Counted from the first letter of the stretch, positions 1 to 9,045 are shown. The stretch: DNA of 64,000 bases from a candidate division KSB3 bacterium (GCA_002748425.1 PDSJ01000029.1:9066-73065), one strand, 5' to 3'. Notes: generated from the sequence alone by a model not told the origin. Made by a program: numbers and translations.

Positions 1-1058
1 AGCAGTCCCGTAAAACGGCCGAAGAGGTAATAATAGATGTTAAGCAGCAGTGTGCGTGGATGAAAAAACCACGATTTTTCCCAGTAGTCACCTGTTGAAA
101 GACGAACGCCCTGGTCCCAGACCGGATCTGATGCATCTTGCGGAAACTGCCGATAGAAACTTCGCCGATCGCCGCCATAAGGATTGATACTGCCGGTATA
201 ACGATATTGCAGCGTGTAAAACATACCTACGACCAGCAGAAAAATCAGACAGACGATCGCAAGCCGCCTGGCTCTGGAGATCCACCTGCTGCTCATCGGA
301 ATTCCAATCTTTTCTTGTGCCTGTTCGTCACGGCCGGCAAAGAAGAGGTCCGCCAGGATCGGCACAAAGAACAAGACGTTCGGAGGTTTCGCCATCGTCG
401 CCATGGCAATCGGAATCGGAGCGAGGTAGAGACGGCCTTCCGGACTGAGCAGAATCCACATGAGAGCCGCCGTGAGCCCTGAGCGACTGGATACGGCCGA
501 AGAGCGATGGTCAACGTGGTAGAGCCACAGGAACAGGCCGCTTGCCACGCAGCCCATACTAAAGACTTCAGGTGTCAGCCAGAAGAGATAGATCGCGCTG
601 GAAGACAGCAGAAAAAAGGCCAGGGACAACAGCAAGGCCGGCCAGGAGGCGTTGAACTGCCGCAGGTATACCCAGCCCAGGACGATCAGGCCGAACAGGA
701 TCAACGCATTCAGCAGCAGGAAGCCGTTGACCCCAAACAGACGTATAAAAGGCGACAACACCCAGGAATACATAAATGCTTTGGAGTAGAAGATTTTTCC
801 GTTGAGCTTGCTCAAAAAAATTCCCAGCGGACCGGCCTTCCAGCCGTCTTCATAAAACCGTATCAAATCCTCGCGCGTATATTCGAGATCCTGATCAAAG
901 GCCAGACTCTGCGCCATCATGTAGTAAACTGACTCATCGCTGAACAGATACTCCAGCGCCAGACGGTAATTCAGCGTCAGGGCCGTCAACAGAAGCGCTC
1001 CGCCCAAGACAGCGAGCACGATCAATTCACGCTGATAATGTTGTATCCGTGTCTTCAT
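1..1058 (-). CDS. GT-C fold membrane glycosyltransferase (PMT_2 / ArnT-like, family 39-like), C-terminus cut by window edge
   Basis: Absent from the ORF track because it has no stop inside the window. Manual reverse-strand translation from ATG 1058-1056 gives MKTRIQHYQRELIVLAVLGGALLLTALTLNYRLALEYLFSDESVYYMMAQSLAFDQDLEY... and stays open to base 1. It has an acidic DE..Y loop after TM1 followed by many hydrophobic helices. The + strand ORFs 138-482 and 507-932 are low-complexity antisense artefacts. Confidence 0.6.
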   Translation of the reverse strand, partial: MKTRIQHYQRELIVLAVLGGALLLTALTLNYRLALEYLFSDESVYYMMAQSLAFDQDLEYTREDLIRFYEDGWKAGPLGIFLSKLNGKIFYSKAFMYSWVLSPFIRLFGVNGFLLLNALILFGLIVLGWVYLRQFNASWPALLLSLAFFLLSSSAIYLFWLTPEVFSMGCVASGLFLWLYHVDHRSSAVSSRSGLTAALMWILLSPEGRLYLAPIPIAMATMAKPPNVLFFVPILADLFFAGRDEQAQEKIGIPMSSRWISRARRLAIVCLIFLLVVGMFYTLQYRYTGSINPYGGDRRSFYRQFPQDASDPVWDQGVRLSTGDYWEKSWFFHPRTLLLNIYYYLFGRFTGL

Positions 1059-1144
1059 AAGCTACAAACAGTGCAGTCTGCCGGCTTTCATGCCGGCACA
1101 GCATCGCTGTGAAAAGCGCGTACTCGCATATCCCTTTTTAAGAA

Positions 1145-2128
1145 CTATTTCTTGCGCAAAGCATATACCAGGCCGCCGGCGATCCCTTGTACCAGGATCA
1201 TTGCAAAAGCGATCCAGCTGAAGGCAATCGCCTCGGCACTGGAAACGCCGAATTCACCGAGCAAGAGGATATACGCTGCTTCACGTCCACCGATCCCGTT
1301 GATAAACATCGGCAGCATCAGCATGACGGTGACTGCCGGAATAATCAAAAAGAAATACATCATCGGCACTGGCAGTCCCATGGCATGGGAGATAAAATAA
1401 TAATGAAGGATCACGTTGACCTGAAGCAGCAAGGCCGCCGCATACGCGATCGCCATCACGCGGGTATTGCGCTTATAAACGCATAACGCGTCATAGATTT
1501 GTTTCAATTTTGCCTGAGCATTCCGCAGGAACGGACTGTTACGTATTTCAGCGTGCCTGAACAGATGCTTCACGACTTCTGCTGTCCGGGGATTCATTGC
1601 AGCGACGAAAAACACAAAGGCCAGCCCCAATCCGCCGATTGCCGACCAGATAATGGGGATGCTGCCGAAATGTGAGAAGCCCAGCACCAAGGCCAGCAGG
1701 GCAAACAGGCCCAAAGCGAACATGCCCGTCAGTCGTTCGACCACGACAACCGTCATCGCCTCGGTTTTCGATCCCACTCCGGCCGCTGTATCATAGGCTC
1801 GAAACAGATCTCCGCCGACAGTAGACGGCAAAAAATTATTGAAAAACACCCCGATAATGTAGCTTTGAATCAACGTCAGGATCGAAAAATGAGCGTCACG
1901 AGCCGCAAGCAGTAATTGCCAGCGATAGGCGGTCAGTAAAAAACCGATAATATGCAGCAGAAATGAAAACAGCAGCCAGAATGGATTTGCGCGAGCCAGA
2001 GCATCTCGAATTGCCGGCAGATCGACCCGGGAGAGCAGATACCCCAGCAACAGCAGACTGATAACGCACCTGACAAAGACTTTTTTTCGCTTCGAACTGC
2101 GTTGTTGCGCAGTACATTGTTCTTGCAT
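1145..2128 (-). CDS. Flippase-like / lysylphosphatidylglycerol-synthase TM-region family (UPF0104) integral membrane protein
   Basis: 327 aa. Basic N-terminus (KRKK) followed by about 8 hydrophobic helices. The FNNFLPSTVGGD..R motif is typical of this family. Confidence 0.65.
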   Translation of the reverse strand: MQEQCTAQQRSSKRKKVFVRCVISLLLLGYLLSRVDLPAIRDALARANPFWLLFSFLLHIIGFLLTAYRWQLLLAARDAHFSILTLIQSYIIGVFFNNFLPSTVGGDLFRAYDTAAGVGSKTEAMTVVVVERLTGMFALGLFALLALVLGFSHFGSIPIIWSAIGGLGLAFVFFVAAMNPRTAEVVKHLFRHAEIRNSPFLRNAQAKLKQIYDALCVYKRNTRVMAIAYAAALLLQVNVILHYYFISHAMGLPVPMMYFFLIIPAVTVMLMLPMFINGIGGREAAYILLLGEFGVSSAEAIAFSWIAFAMILVQGIAGGLVYALRKK

Positions 2129-2155
2129 GATATGTGCAATAGAACCTGGAAACGC

Positions 2156-2947
2156 CTATGTTCTCTTCGCGGACAGCATCAAAATATATCCCGGCGTAAA
2201 GGGGATCAATCTATCCAGCAGCGAAACAGTTTTGACGATCGGATAGATCAGCGAATACACTTTCAGGGATTTCGCATGGCGCGCCACATCATCGCCGGAT
2301 TCAGGCGAAATGCCGCCTTTGATACCTCCACGATGCTGCTTGTGGCTGAGGAGGAAAAAATAGCCGAAGTTAATACCCAGCTCGATCCCTTCGCTGAAGA
2401 AGCGGCTGAAACTGGTAGAGCGCTGCACGGCAAAGCCACCGTTTTCTAATTGTTCTTTCAGCCCCTCCAGTGAATAGCCCTCACGCACATGCCCGTAATC
2501 TTCTGGTTTGAATCCGAGCCACTTACGGACAGAGTTCAGAATCAGGCCCTTGCCGATCCGGGGCACTGTGACGTATAAGATACCGTCATCCTTGAGAACC
2601 CGCCGCATTTCACCGATAAATTCCTGATCGGTCTCAATATGCTCGAGAAAATCAATCGCTACGATATAATCAAAGCTGCGATCCTCAAAGCGCAATGTTT
2701 TTCCATCAGTATACTCGACGCCATCTCCGACAAGCTCGCGTGTAATGCGGATATTTTCTTCATCTGCGTCAATGCTCGTCCACTTCCCGCCCCATTGTCG
2801 AAGATAATAGCTCAGAACTCCTTTATCACATCCAACTTCAAGACAGATCTTCCCATCCATTGGCTCGATAAACTGTTTGATAGCTTGGATTTTTTCCTGC
2901 TTTTTTAATGATTTTTGTGCGATCTGCAATTGCCAATGCTGTTCCAT
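2156..2947 (-). CDS. Class I SAM-dependent methyltransferase
   Basis: SAM-binding motif I LEVGCDKG, acidic loop SIDAD, and motif FDYIVAIDFLEH (Methyltransf_11/23-like). Confidence 0.8.
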   Translation of the reverse strand: MEQHWQLQIAQKSLKKQEKIQAIKQFIEPMDGKICLEVGCDKGVLSYYLRQWGGKWTSIDADEENIRITRELVGDGVEYTDGKTLRFEDRSFDYIVAIDFLEHIETDQEFIGEMRRVLKDDGILYVTVPRIGKGLILNSVRKWLGFKPEDYGHVREGYSLEGLKEQLENGGFAVQRSTSFSRFFSEGIELGINFGYFFLLSHKQHRGGIKGGISPESGDDVARHAKSLKVYSLIYPIVKTVSLLDRLIPFTPGYILMLSAKRT

Positions 2948-3038
2948 ACGCGTTCTCCATCACGAGATTCAAGACCGACACAGTCCTGAAATCTGCCGGA
3001 CATCCTTCATCTTCCCAACTAATGATCGATACGGCCTG

Positions 3039-3698
3039 CTAAGAATTCAGCGTCATTCTCGCTTTTAAAGCAGCAAGTTCCTGATCCAGTTCTCCTTCTT
3101 CAGGGCCCAGCGCCTCACATTGCTGTACCAACGATTCCCCCTGCAGCTCCTCCTGCGCAGCGGTGATCGTTTCAGTCTCCAGCAATTTCGACTCGAACGT
3201 TTCAAAGACCTGATTCCCGGACAAATCATTCAGCATCTGCTGTAAACGCTTCTGGGTTTCAGCCCGCTTCAGGCGTGTCAGCAGCATACGCTTCTTGCGC
3301 CGGGCGCTTTCAATGCGATCACGCAGATCATGAAATGTCCTTTTCAATCGTTCGGCAATCTGCTGCTGCTGTTCCCATTGCGGCTGGAGCTGCTGCGTAT
3401 AAGCCAGAGCTTCCCGCCTGCGCTTCAATGCCGCACGCGCCAGCTCATCCTTTCCCTCTTTCACAGCCAACATAGCGTTCTGATCCCACCGTTCAGCCTC
3501 GTTCTGATATTTCTCAAGCTGGAATTTCAGTTTTTTTTCCTCAGCAATAACGCTAACGGCATCTCCCCGGAGCTGATTGACCTGCTTTTGCATATCTCTA
3601 ATTGACTGTTCCAGAACCTGTTCAGGACGTTCAAACCTGTCGATCCAGGCATTGACATGCGATGCAATCATTCGCCACAGTCTTGTGAAAATATTCAT
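3039..3698 (-). CDS. pspA: PspA/IM30 family membrane-stress protein
   Basis: MNIFTRLWRMIASHVNAWIDRFERPEQVLEQSIRDMQ... with long coiled-coil heptads, the classic PspA N-terminus. I moved the start to the ATG at 3698, which has a GAGGAA Shine-Dalgarno about 7 nt upstream; the track ORF starts at 3710. Confidence 0.85.
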   Translation of the reverse strand: MNIFTRLWRMIASHVNAWIDRFERPEQVLEQSIRDMQKQVNQLRGDAVSVIAEEKKLKFQLEKYQNEAERWDQNAMLAVKEGKDELARAALKRRREALAYTQQLQPQWEQQQQIAERLKRTFHDLRDRIESARRKKRMLLTRLKRAETQKRLQQMLNDLSGNQVFETFESKLLETETITAAQEELQGESLVQQCEALGPEEGELDQELAALKARMTLNS

Positions 3699-3739
3699 AA
3701 CATTCCTCATTCTTTCAAAACATACGTGCGGTCACGAAT

Positions 3740-3770
3740 AAAAAAAGCGGCGAGACAGATCCCCGCCGCC
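3740..3770 (-). terminator. Rho-independent terminator downstream of the NYN-domain gene
   Basis: On the minus strand, GCGGCGGGGAUCUGUCUCGCCGC is followed by UUUUUUU. It lies between the stop at 3806 and the pspA start. Confidence 0.55.
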
Positions 3771-3805
3771 ATCACCAGGCATGACATCACACACGCCGCC
3801 CATCA

Positions 3806-4780
3806 CTAATGCGCAGTATTTCCACTGTTGTTGTGGTGGCTATGATGATTATGGTGATGATTATACGCTGACATTAAACGACGCTGCGGACTTACGAGCT
3901 GCATTTTTTTGGCCTGCATGCCGCTTTCGTGTCCTTCGGCATCTGCGACCTCAAACTCAAAAATCAAACTCCGACTTGGAAGTTCAGAAAAGCTGACCTC
4001 TTCCGGCAACTGCGAATCATGGAAAAAGACACTGTAGTACGGGGAATCTTTCTGCCGCGAATCGATACGCCACAAGTCCGGGGCTATCGTTTTCATGGCT
4101 CGTAAAAAGCCGTAGCCCTTCGAAGAATGATTATAGCAGACTCCCCGCATTCGAGACCCGATACGGCCCCAGTGCGTTTTATTCACCGAGGGCCCAGTGG
4201 GCAGCAGATTAGGAATCAGATAGCCGGAAATAAACATGTCTGCTTCGCGCCTCAACTCTGCTGACACATTCTCAAAGGCGACAACTTCGACGCGGCAACC
4301 GCTATTCTGCAGGGCCTGCACGACTCTCACAAAATCGCCGTCGCCAGTCACCAGAACGACGCGATCCATGTTATTTGACTGCAGCAAGACATCGACGGCC
4401 ATATCCAGATCGGCGTTAGCTTTTCCAAATCGATTGCCGCTTTCGTCCACATACCACTTCACGTTTTTTTGAATAACTTTATATCCAAAATCCCTTAGCA
4501 ATGAGTAAAAACCGTACTGTCCATCTTTATACACATAATCGACTTCAGAACGGTCGCCGTCAAAACTGACGTACGCGTTCAGACGGATCGGTTCGGCATT
4601 ATCACGGCAGGCAAATTCTCTCAAGACATCATATCGCATCCCATAGCCGCCATTCATGGCAAGGTTTGCGACATCGACATACAATCCAACTCTACGACTG
4701 GCTCCTGACATAATATTTTTTGTTCTACACTCCATAGAATGCTCATAAACAGTTTTGCAAACGTTACTCAGACTCCGCAC
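3806..4780 (-). CDS. NYN (LabA/DUF88-like) ribonuclease domain fused to a cold-shock-like OB domain, with a His-rich C-terminal tail
   Basis: NYN motifs: GLYVDVANL ... ADLDMAVD ... VVLVTGDGDFVRVVQALQNSGCRVEVVAF. The C-terminal GVCYNHSSKGYGFL ... SVFFHDSQL resembles the CSD RNP1/RNP2 motifs. The tail is YNHHHNHHSHHNNSGNTAH. The start is uncertain: GTG at 4780 or ATG at 4711. Confidence 0.7.
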   Translation of the reverse strand: MRSLSNVCKTVYEHSMECRTKNIMSGASRRVGLYVDVANLAMNGGYGMRYDVLREFACRDNAEPIRLNAYVSFDGDRSEVDYVYKDGQYGFYSLLRDFGYKVIQKNVKWYVDESGNRFGKANADLDMAVDVLLQSNNMDRVVLVTGDGDFVRVVQALQNSGCRVEVVAFENVSAELRREADMFISGYLIPNLLPTGPSVNKTHWGRIGSRMRGVCYNHSSKGYGFLRAMKTIAPDLWRIDSRQKDSPYYSVFFHDSQLPEEVSFSELPSRSLIFEFEVADAEGHESGMQAKKMQLVSPQRRLMSAYNHHHNHHSHHNNSGNTAH

Positions 4781-5118
4781 CCGTGAGCGGGGTTCCCAGA
4801 GGGCTCTGTGCTGGTGTTTTTGGAAATGGCGGAATTGTCAAGGAAAACTCAATTATTGTTTTCGAGATTTTTTGCGTAACGTTGTATGAATCTATACTGG
4901 CAGAATCGGAGCGTGTCACAAAGCCATTGAAAATGGACAAAAATATGCTTAATACAAAAAACATCCTTGACAATAACTATTTTCATTAAAAGCATAGTGT
5001 AGATCTTGATACACTTCACGAAGAATCCTGGAGAGTGTATGATTGCGATATCAGGCTCAGCCAGAGAACAGAAAACGCCTGGGAGCCTCAGCTCTCTTGT
5101 TAGTAAGCTTAGGATTTC

Positions 5119-7074
5119 ATGGAATCTCAAATCTTAATGATTGGTCATACACGTGATGAACTTCAACGGCTGTCAAAGATCCTCAGCAGTCAGGGCTGTA
5201 AGGTTCACACATCATCCGGCGGGCAAAGAGCGATTATGTCGGCCAGAACTCACGCAGTCGATTTGATATTACTGGATATTGCAATGCCGGGCCGAGGCGG
5301 CTATAAGCTGTGTTCGCGCCTAAAAGCGAACGTGCACACGAAAAATATTCCAGTTATTTTTCTAAGCGTATTCAACGACATCAGCAATATCGTACGAGCG
5401 TTTGACGTCGGAGGCGTTGATTATATCACCAGGCCCTTCCAGGACGAAGAGGTCGTGGCGCGTGTAAAAACGCATTTAGGCTTGGCGGCGGCCCAAAAAC
5501 GTCTGCAAGCGAAAAATGTGCGGCTCCAGCAGAAAAACCTTAAACATAAACGTAGCAAAAAAGCTCTCCAACACGCAAAAGAACGTGCAGAAGAGGCCAA
5601 TCAATCGAAAAGTGTTTTCCTCTCCAACATCAGCCACGAATTGCGATCCCCCCTCACTACGATTCTCGGATTTACGCAGGTTATGGATCGGAGCGCGTCT
5701 CTGCCTCCGGAGCACCGGGAGAACATAAGTGTGATCAAGCGGAGTGGTGAGCACCTGCTCGCCCTCATCAATCAGGTGCTCGATTTATCAAAAATTGAAG
5801 CGGGACGCATGGTCCTCACGGAAGATACTGTCGATCTCTACGGTCTGTTGCGTGATGTGAGAGACATGTTCACCCTGAACGCTGAGACAAAGGGGCTGCA
5901 ACTGCTGCTTGAACAAGAAAAAGCGTTACCGTCTTTTATTCATGCGGATGAGATGAAGCTTCGTCAAATTCTTATCAACCTGCTTCATAATGCCGTGAAA
6001 TTTACGAGTCAGGGGAGCGTTCAGTTGCATGTGAGCTGTAGCGGAGATGGAGAGCAGATGTCAGAGGATCGAATCCCAGAGCTTGACTATTGTGAGCTGA
6101 CATTCACTGTCAAGGACACCGGTCCCGGAATTTCCGCAGAGGACATGAAGCGGCTCTTTGACGTATTCGAACAAACAGAAAGCGGACGCCAAATCCGGGA
6201 AGGAAGCGGGCTGGGCTTATCCATAAGCCGCAAGTTTGCCCAAATGATGGGGGGCGATATTGAAATCGTCAGTGAAGTCGGCAAAGGGACATACTTTATG
6301 TTTCATATCCGGGTTCAGAGGTGTACCGACACAGCGACGACGCGGCATTGCAGCCGCCGCAAACGCTTTTTAGCAGCAGGGCAGCGGGATCGCAGTGGAA
6401 ATTGTTTTCGATTGCTCGTGGCAGACGACGAGAAGATGATCCGTCAGGTCCTTGTGAAAATGCTGGCACCTCTGGGCTGTGATATACGTGAGGCCGAAAA
6501 CGGGCAGCAAGCCATCGAGATCTGGAAGACCTGGCATCCGCACCTCATCTGGATGGATATGCGGATGCCGATCATGAACGGTTATGACGCGACAAAACAG
6601 ATTAAGCAACTGGAGCGGAACACTGCAAGCGATCCAGCTGCAGGTCATACCGGTTTTCCTGCGAAAATTATTGCTTTGACAGCCAGCAGCTTCGAGGAGG
6701 AACGGGCCGAGATTCTGGCAAACGGCTGCGATGACTATCTTCGAAAACCGTTTAAACGTTCCGACTTATTTGACTTACTGCATAAGCACCTCGACATGAA
6801 GTATGAGGAAGGGAACGTTGTCTCCTCCGATATTTCCTCAGCACATGATTTGCAGCACCGAGCGCATAGCAGCGTGTTGACGCCAGAAGCCCTGGCATTG
6901 CTGCCGTCTGATCTGACAGCAGCACTTCGACAGGGGGTCAAAGAAGCGAATATAACAGCGTTACTCGACCTCGTTCAACGTATTCGCCCACATCATGAGA
7001 ATGTTGCCGATATACTGACGCAGTTGCTAAAAGACTTTGATTACGAGACTCTCTCTCAATGGCTGAATATCTAA
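5119..7074 (+). CDS. Cytoplasmic hybrid sensor histidine kinase (REC - coiled coil - HisKA - HATPase_c - REC - C-terminal helical module)
   Basis: H-box FLSNISHELRSPLTTILG, N-box LLHNAVKFT, G1 DTGPGI, G2 GSGLGLSI. The second receiver is canonical: LLVADDE ... IWMDMRMP ... ALTAS ... LRKPF. There is no TM segment and no recognisable sensor domain. Confidence 0.85.
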   Translation: MESQILMIGHTRDELQRLSKILSSQGCKVHTSSGGQRAIMSARTHAVDLILLDIAMPGRGGYKLCSRLKANVHTKNIPVIFLSVFNDISNIVRAFDVGGVDYITRPFQDEEVVARVKTHLGLAAAQKRLQAKNVRLQQKNLKHKRSKKALQHAKERAEEANQSKSVFLSNISHELRSPLTTILGFTQVMDRSASLPPEHRENISVIKRSGEHLLALINQVLDLSKIEAGRMVLTEDTVDLYGLLRDVRDMFTLNAETKGLQLLLEQEKALPSFIHADEMKLRQILINLLHNAVKFTSQGSVQLHVSCSGDGEQMSEDRIPELDYCELTFTVKDTGPGISAEDMKRLFDVFEQTESGRQIREGSGLGLSISRKFAQMMGGDIEIVSEVGKGTYFMFHIRVQRCTDTATTRHCSRRKRFLAAGQRDRSGNCFRLLVADDEKMIRQVLVKMLAPLGCDIREAENGQQAIEIWKTWHPHLIWMDMRMPIMNGYDATKQIKQLERNTASDPAAGHTGFPAKIIALTASSFEEERAEILANGCDDYLRKPFKRSDLFDLLHKHLDMKYEEGNVVSSDISSAHDLQHRAHSSVLTPEALALLPSDLTAALRQGVKEANITALLDLVQRIRPHHENVADILTQLLKDFDYETLSQWLNI

Positions 7075-7168
7075 TCGAAATCAGCCCCATTGCTATTCGT
7101 TACTTCCCTGTTGCCCGAGCGTCAGCACAGCATCCCATTCTTTGACAGCCTTCTCCAACTCGTCGTTA

Positions 7169-7505
7169 GAAGTTCCCGACACCCTGTCATCCTGAAGAGC
7201 CCTCCATACCCTGTCATCCTGAGGAGCCTGCGACGAAGGATCTCCTACATTGAGATTCTTCGCTCTGCTCAGAATGACACTTATAGGCTCAGAATAACAG
7301 CCTTTATTTTGTCATCCTAAGAAGTTCCCGACACCCTGTCACCTGAGGAGTCCTTCACATCCTGTCTTCCTGAAGAGGCCTCCATGCCCTGTCATCCTGA
7401 GGAGCCTGCGACGAAGGATCTCCTGCAGTTGAGATTCTTCGCTCTGCTCAGAATGACAGATATGGGCTCAGAATGACAACGTACTTTTTGTCATTCTGCG
7501 GAGGC
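7169..7505. repeat. Tandem duplication (two units of about 150-180 bp) built from at least 11 direct and inverted copies of a GTCATYCTGAGGAG core
   Basis: Unit 1 starts GAAGTTCCCGACACCCTGTCATCCTGAAGAG at 7169 and unit 2 starts with the same string at 7321. A roughly 120-bp segment, CCATRCCCTGTCATCCTGAGGAGCCTGCGACGAAGGATCTCCT..GAGATTCTTCGCTCTGCTCAGAATGACA, recurs at 7205 and 7383 at about 90 percent identity. Each copy is an imperfect hairpin: GTCATCCTGAGGAGCCTGCGACGAAGGATCTC pairs with GAGATTCTTCGCTCTGCTCAGAATGAC. Confidence 0.8.
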
Positions 7506-7572
7506 TTTGCTTTCGGCAGCTCGCTACGAAGAACAACAGGCTGAGAACGAAACGGCTAAGGATACATCATGA

Positions 7573-9045
7573 TCAGCGTTTCCAGAAATCAGGTAACAGG
7601 CAGATCAGGACAGCGAAGAGTTCTAAACGTCCGGCAACCATGTAAATTGAGAGAAACACTTTTGGGAATGGGGCCATAAACGCATAGTTACCCGTTGCCC
7701 CCACCAGCGAGAAACCAGGGCCGATATTATTCAGACAGGCTGCAACAGACGAAACCGTCACCGGCCAATCATAGCCATAGGCCGCAATAACGAGCACACC
7801 CACACCATACACAAAGAGGTAAATAAAAAAGAAACTCAATGTGCGCTCAATGACTGGCTGTCCAACCGCTTTTCCGGAAAGTTTAAACGGAAATTTTCGC
7901 TGCGGGGAATATGAGGAGACGATCTGAGCGTAAGCATGTTTCAACAACATCACTAAACGCACGACTTTGATTCCTCCGCCTGTTGAACCGCCGCAGCCGC
8001 CTATAAACATCAACACCAAGAGCCAGGCTTTCGTCAGCATCGGCCAAAGATCGGTATCAGTGGTTCCATAGCCGGTCGTCGTCATGATTGAGACGACATT
8101 GAAAAATGCTGAAACACCGGAATCGAACGCAGTTGCAAAATAGTCCTGAGTATACAGGAGATAGGTAAACACAAATGTCGAAATTCCGATAATGCTCAGA
8201 TAGACCCGCAGCTCACTATCACGCCAGACCTGTGTGAATTTGCCTTTCAGCAGGAAGTAATACAGCGAAAAATTCGCGCCGGCAATAACCATGAACACCG
8301 TGATAATAAGGTAAATGACAGCGCTGTCATAGAAGCCGATCGAAGTATTTTTTGTTGAAAATCCACCGGTCGCCATTGTCCCGAACGTATGACACATTGA
8401 GTCGTAAAGCGGCATGCCTGCGGCCCAGAGCGCCAGAGTTTCGAGCACAGAAATGCCCACATAAATCGACCAGAGAATAAAGGCTGACGTTTGAATCTTC
8501 GGACGCAAGCCCCCGACATCGGGACCAGGGACTTCAAACTGATACATTTTTTTTCCGCTGATTTCCAGAAAAGGAAAGATCGCAACAAAGAGCACGATAA
8601 TCCCCATGCCTCCCAGCCAGTGCGTATAGCTGCGCCAAAACAGCAGTCCTTTCGGCAAGGCTTCAATATCCGTCAGGATGGAGGCCCCTGTGGTTGTAAA
8701 GCCGGAAATTGTCTCAAAAAACGCATCGTAAAAATGCGGGATATAGCCGCTGAGATAAAAGGGCAAGGCGCCCACGATTCCGGCAACAAACCAGCCTCCC
8801 CCTACCATGAGCATTGCTTCTTTGCGGGAGAGATGAGTCTCTTTACTGCAGCGTCCGAGCCAGTACAGCCCCCCTCCCAGCAAGCATGAAATCGACATCG
8901 AAAGGAGGATGTACTTCCACACAGCTTCAGCAAAGTACAGCGCCCAGGCAAGCGCGCCAAGCATGTTGACAGCAATCGAGATAATCAGCAGACCTAATAA
9001 ACGTGCAACAATATTATATCTCATTGGGGCTGAAGATTTCCACAA
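7573..9045 (-). CDS. trkH: Trk/Ktr-type potassium uptake permease TrkH
   Basis: Four selectivity-filter-like repeats: GFTTTGAS, MATGGFS, MTTTGYGT and GGSTGGGIKV. It overlaps the 3' end of trkA; an alternative start is the ATG at 9024. Confidence 0.9.
   Translation of the reverse strand: MWKSSAPMRYNIVARLLGLLIISIAVNMLGALAWALYFAEAVWKYILLSMSISCLLGGGLYWLGRCSKETHLSRKEAMLMVGGGWFVAGIVGALPFYLSGYIPHFYDAFFETISGFTTTGASILTDIEALPKGLLFWRSYTHWLGGMGIIVLFVAIFPFLEISGKKMYQFEVPGPDVGGLRPKIQTSAFILWSIYVGISVLETLALWAAGMPLYDSMCHTFGTMATGGFSTKNTSIGFYDSAVIYLIITVFMVIAGANFSLYYFLLKGKFTQVWRDSELRVYLSIIGISTFVFTYLLYTQDYFATAFDSGVSAFFNVVSIMTTTGYGTTDTDLWPMLTKAWLLVLMFIGGCGGSTGGGIKVVRLVMLLKHAYAQIVSSYSPQRKFPFKLSGKAVGQPVIERTLSFFFIYLFVYGVGVLVIAAYGYDWPVTVSSVAACLNNIGPGFSLVGATGNYAFMAPFPKVFLSIYMVAGRLELFAVLICLLPDFWKR

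Noticed and set aside
138-932. Plus-strand ORFs 138-482 and 507-932, the latter with Q/G-rich low-complexity translation
   Set aside because: They are antisense to a continuous, membrane-protein-like reading frame (1-1058, minus) with GT-C features. Their translations are compositionally biased and carry no recognisable motifs.
7090-7320. 76-aa ORF downstream of the histidine kinase
   Set aside because: It is made almost entirely of the GTCATYCTGAGGAG repeat element and has a TTG start with no ribosome-binding site. I interpret it as repeat DNA, not a gene.
7169-7505. Possible CRISPR array
   Set aside because: The repeats occur in both orientations, are imperfect, and are not separated by uniform unique spacers. 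No cas genes are present in the window.
9014-9045. 32-nt overlap between the trkA 3' end and the trkH 5' end as a possible programmed frameshift or fusion
   Set aside because: It is most simply explained by start-codon choice, since an alternative trkH ATG lies at 9024, and by the translational coupling common in the trkA-trkH gene pair.
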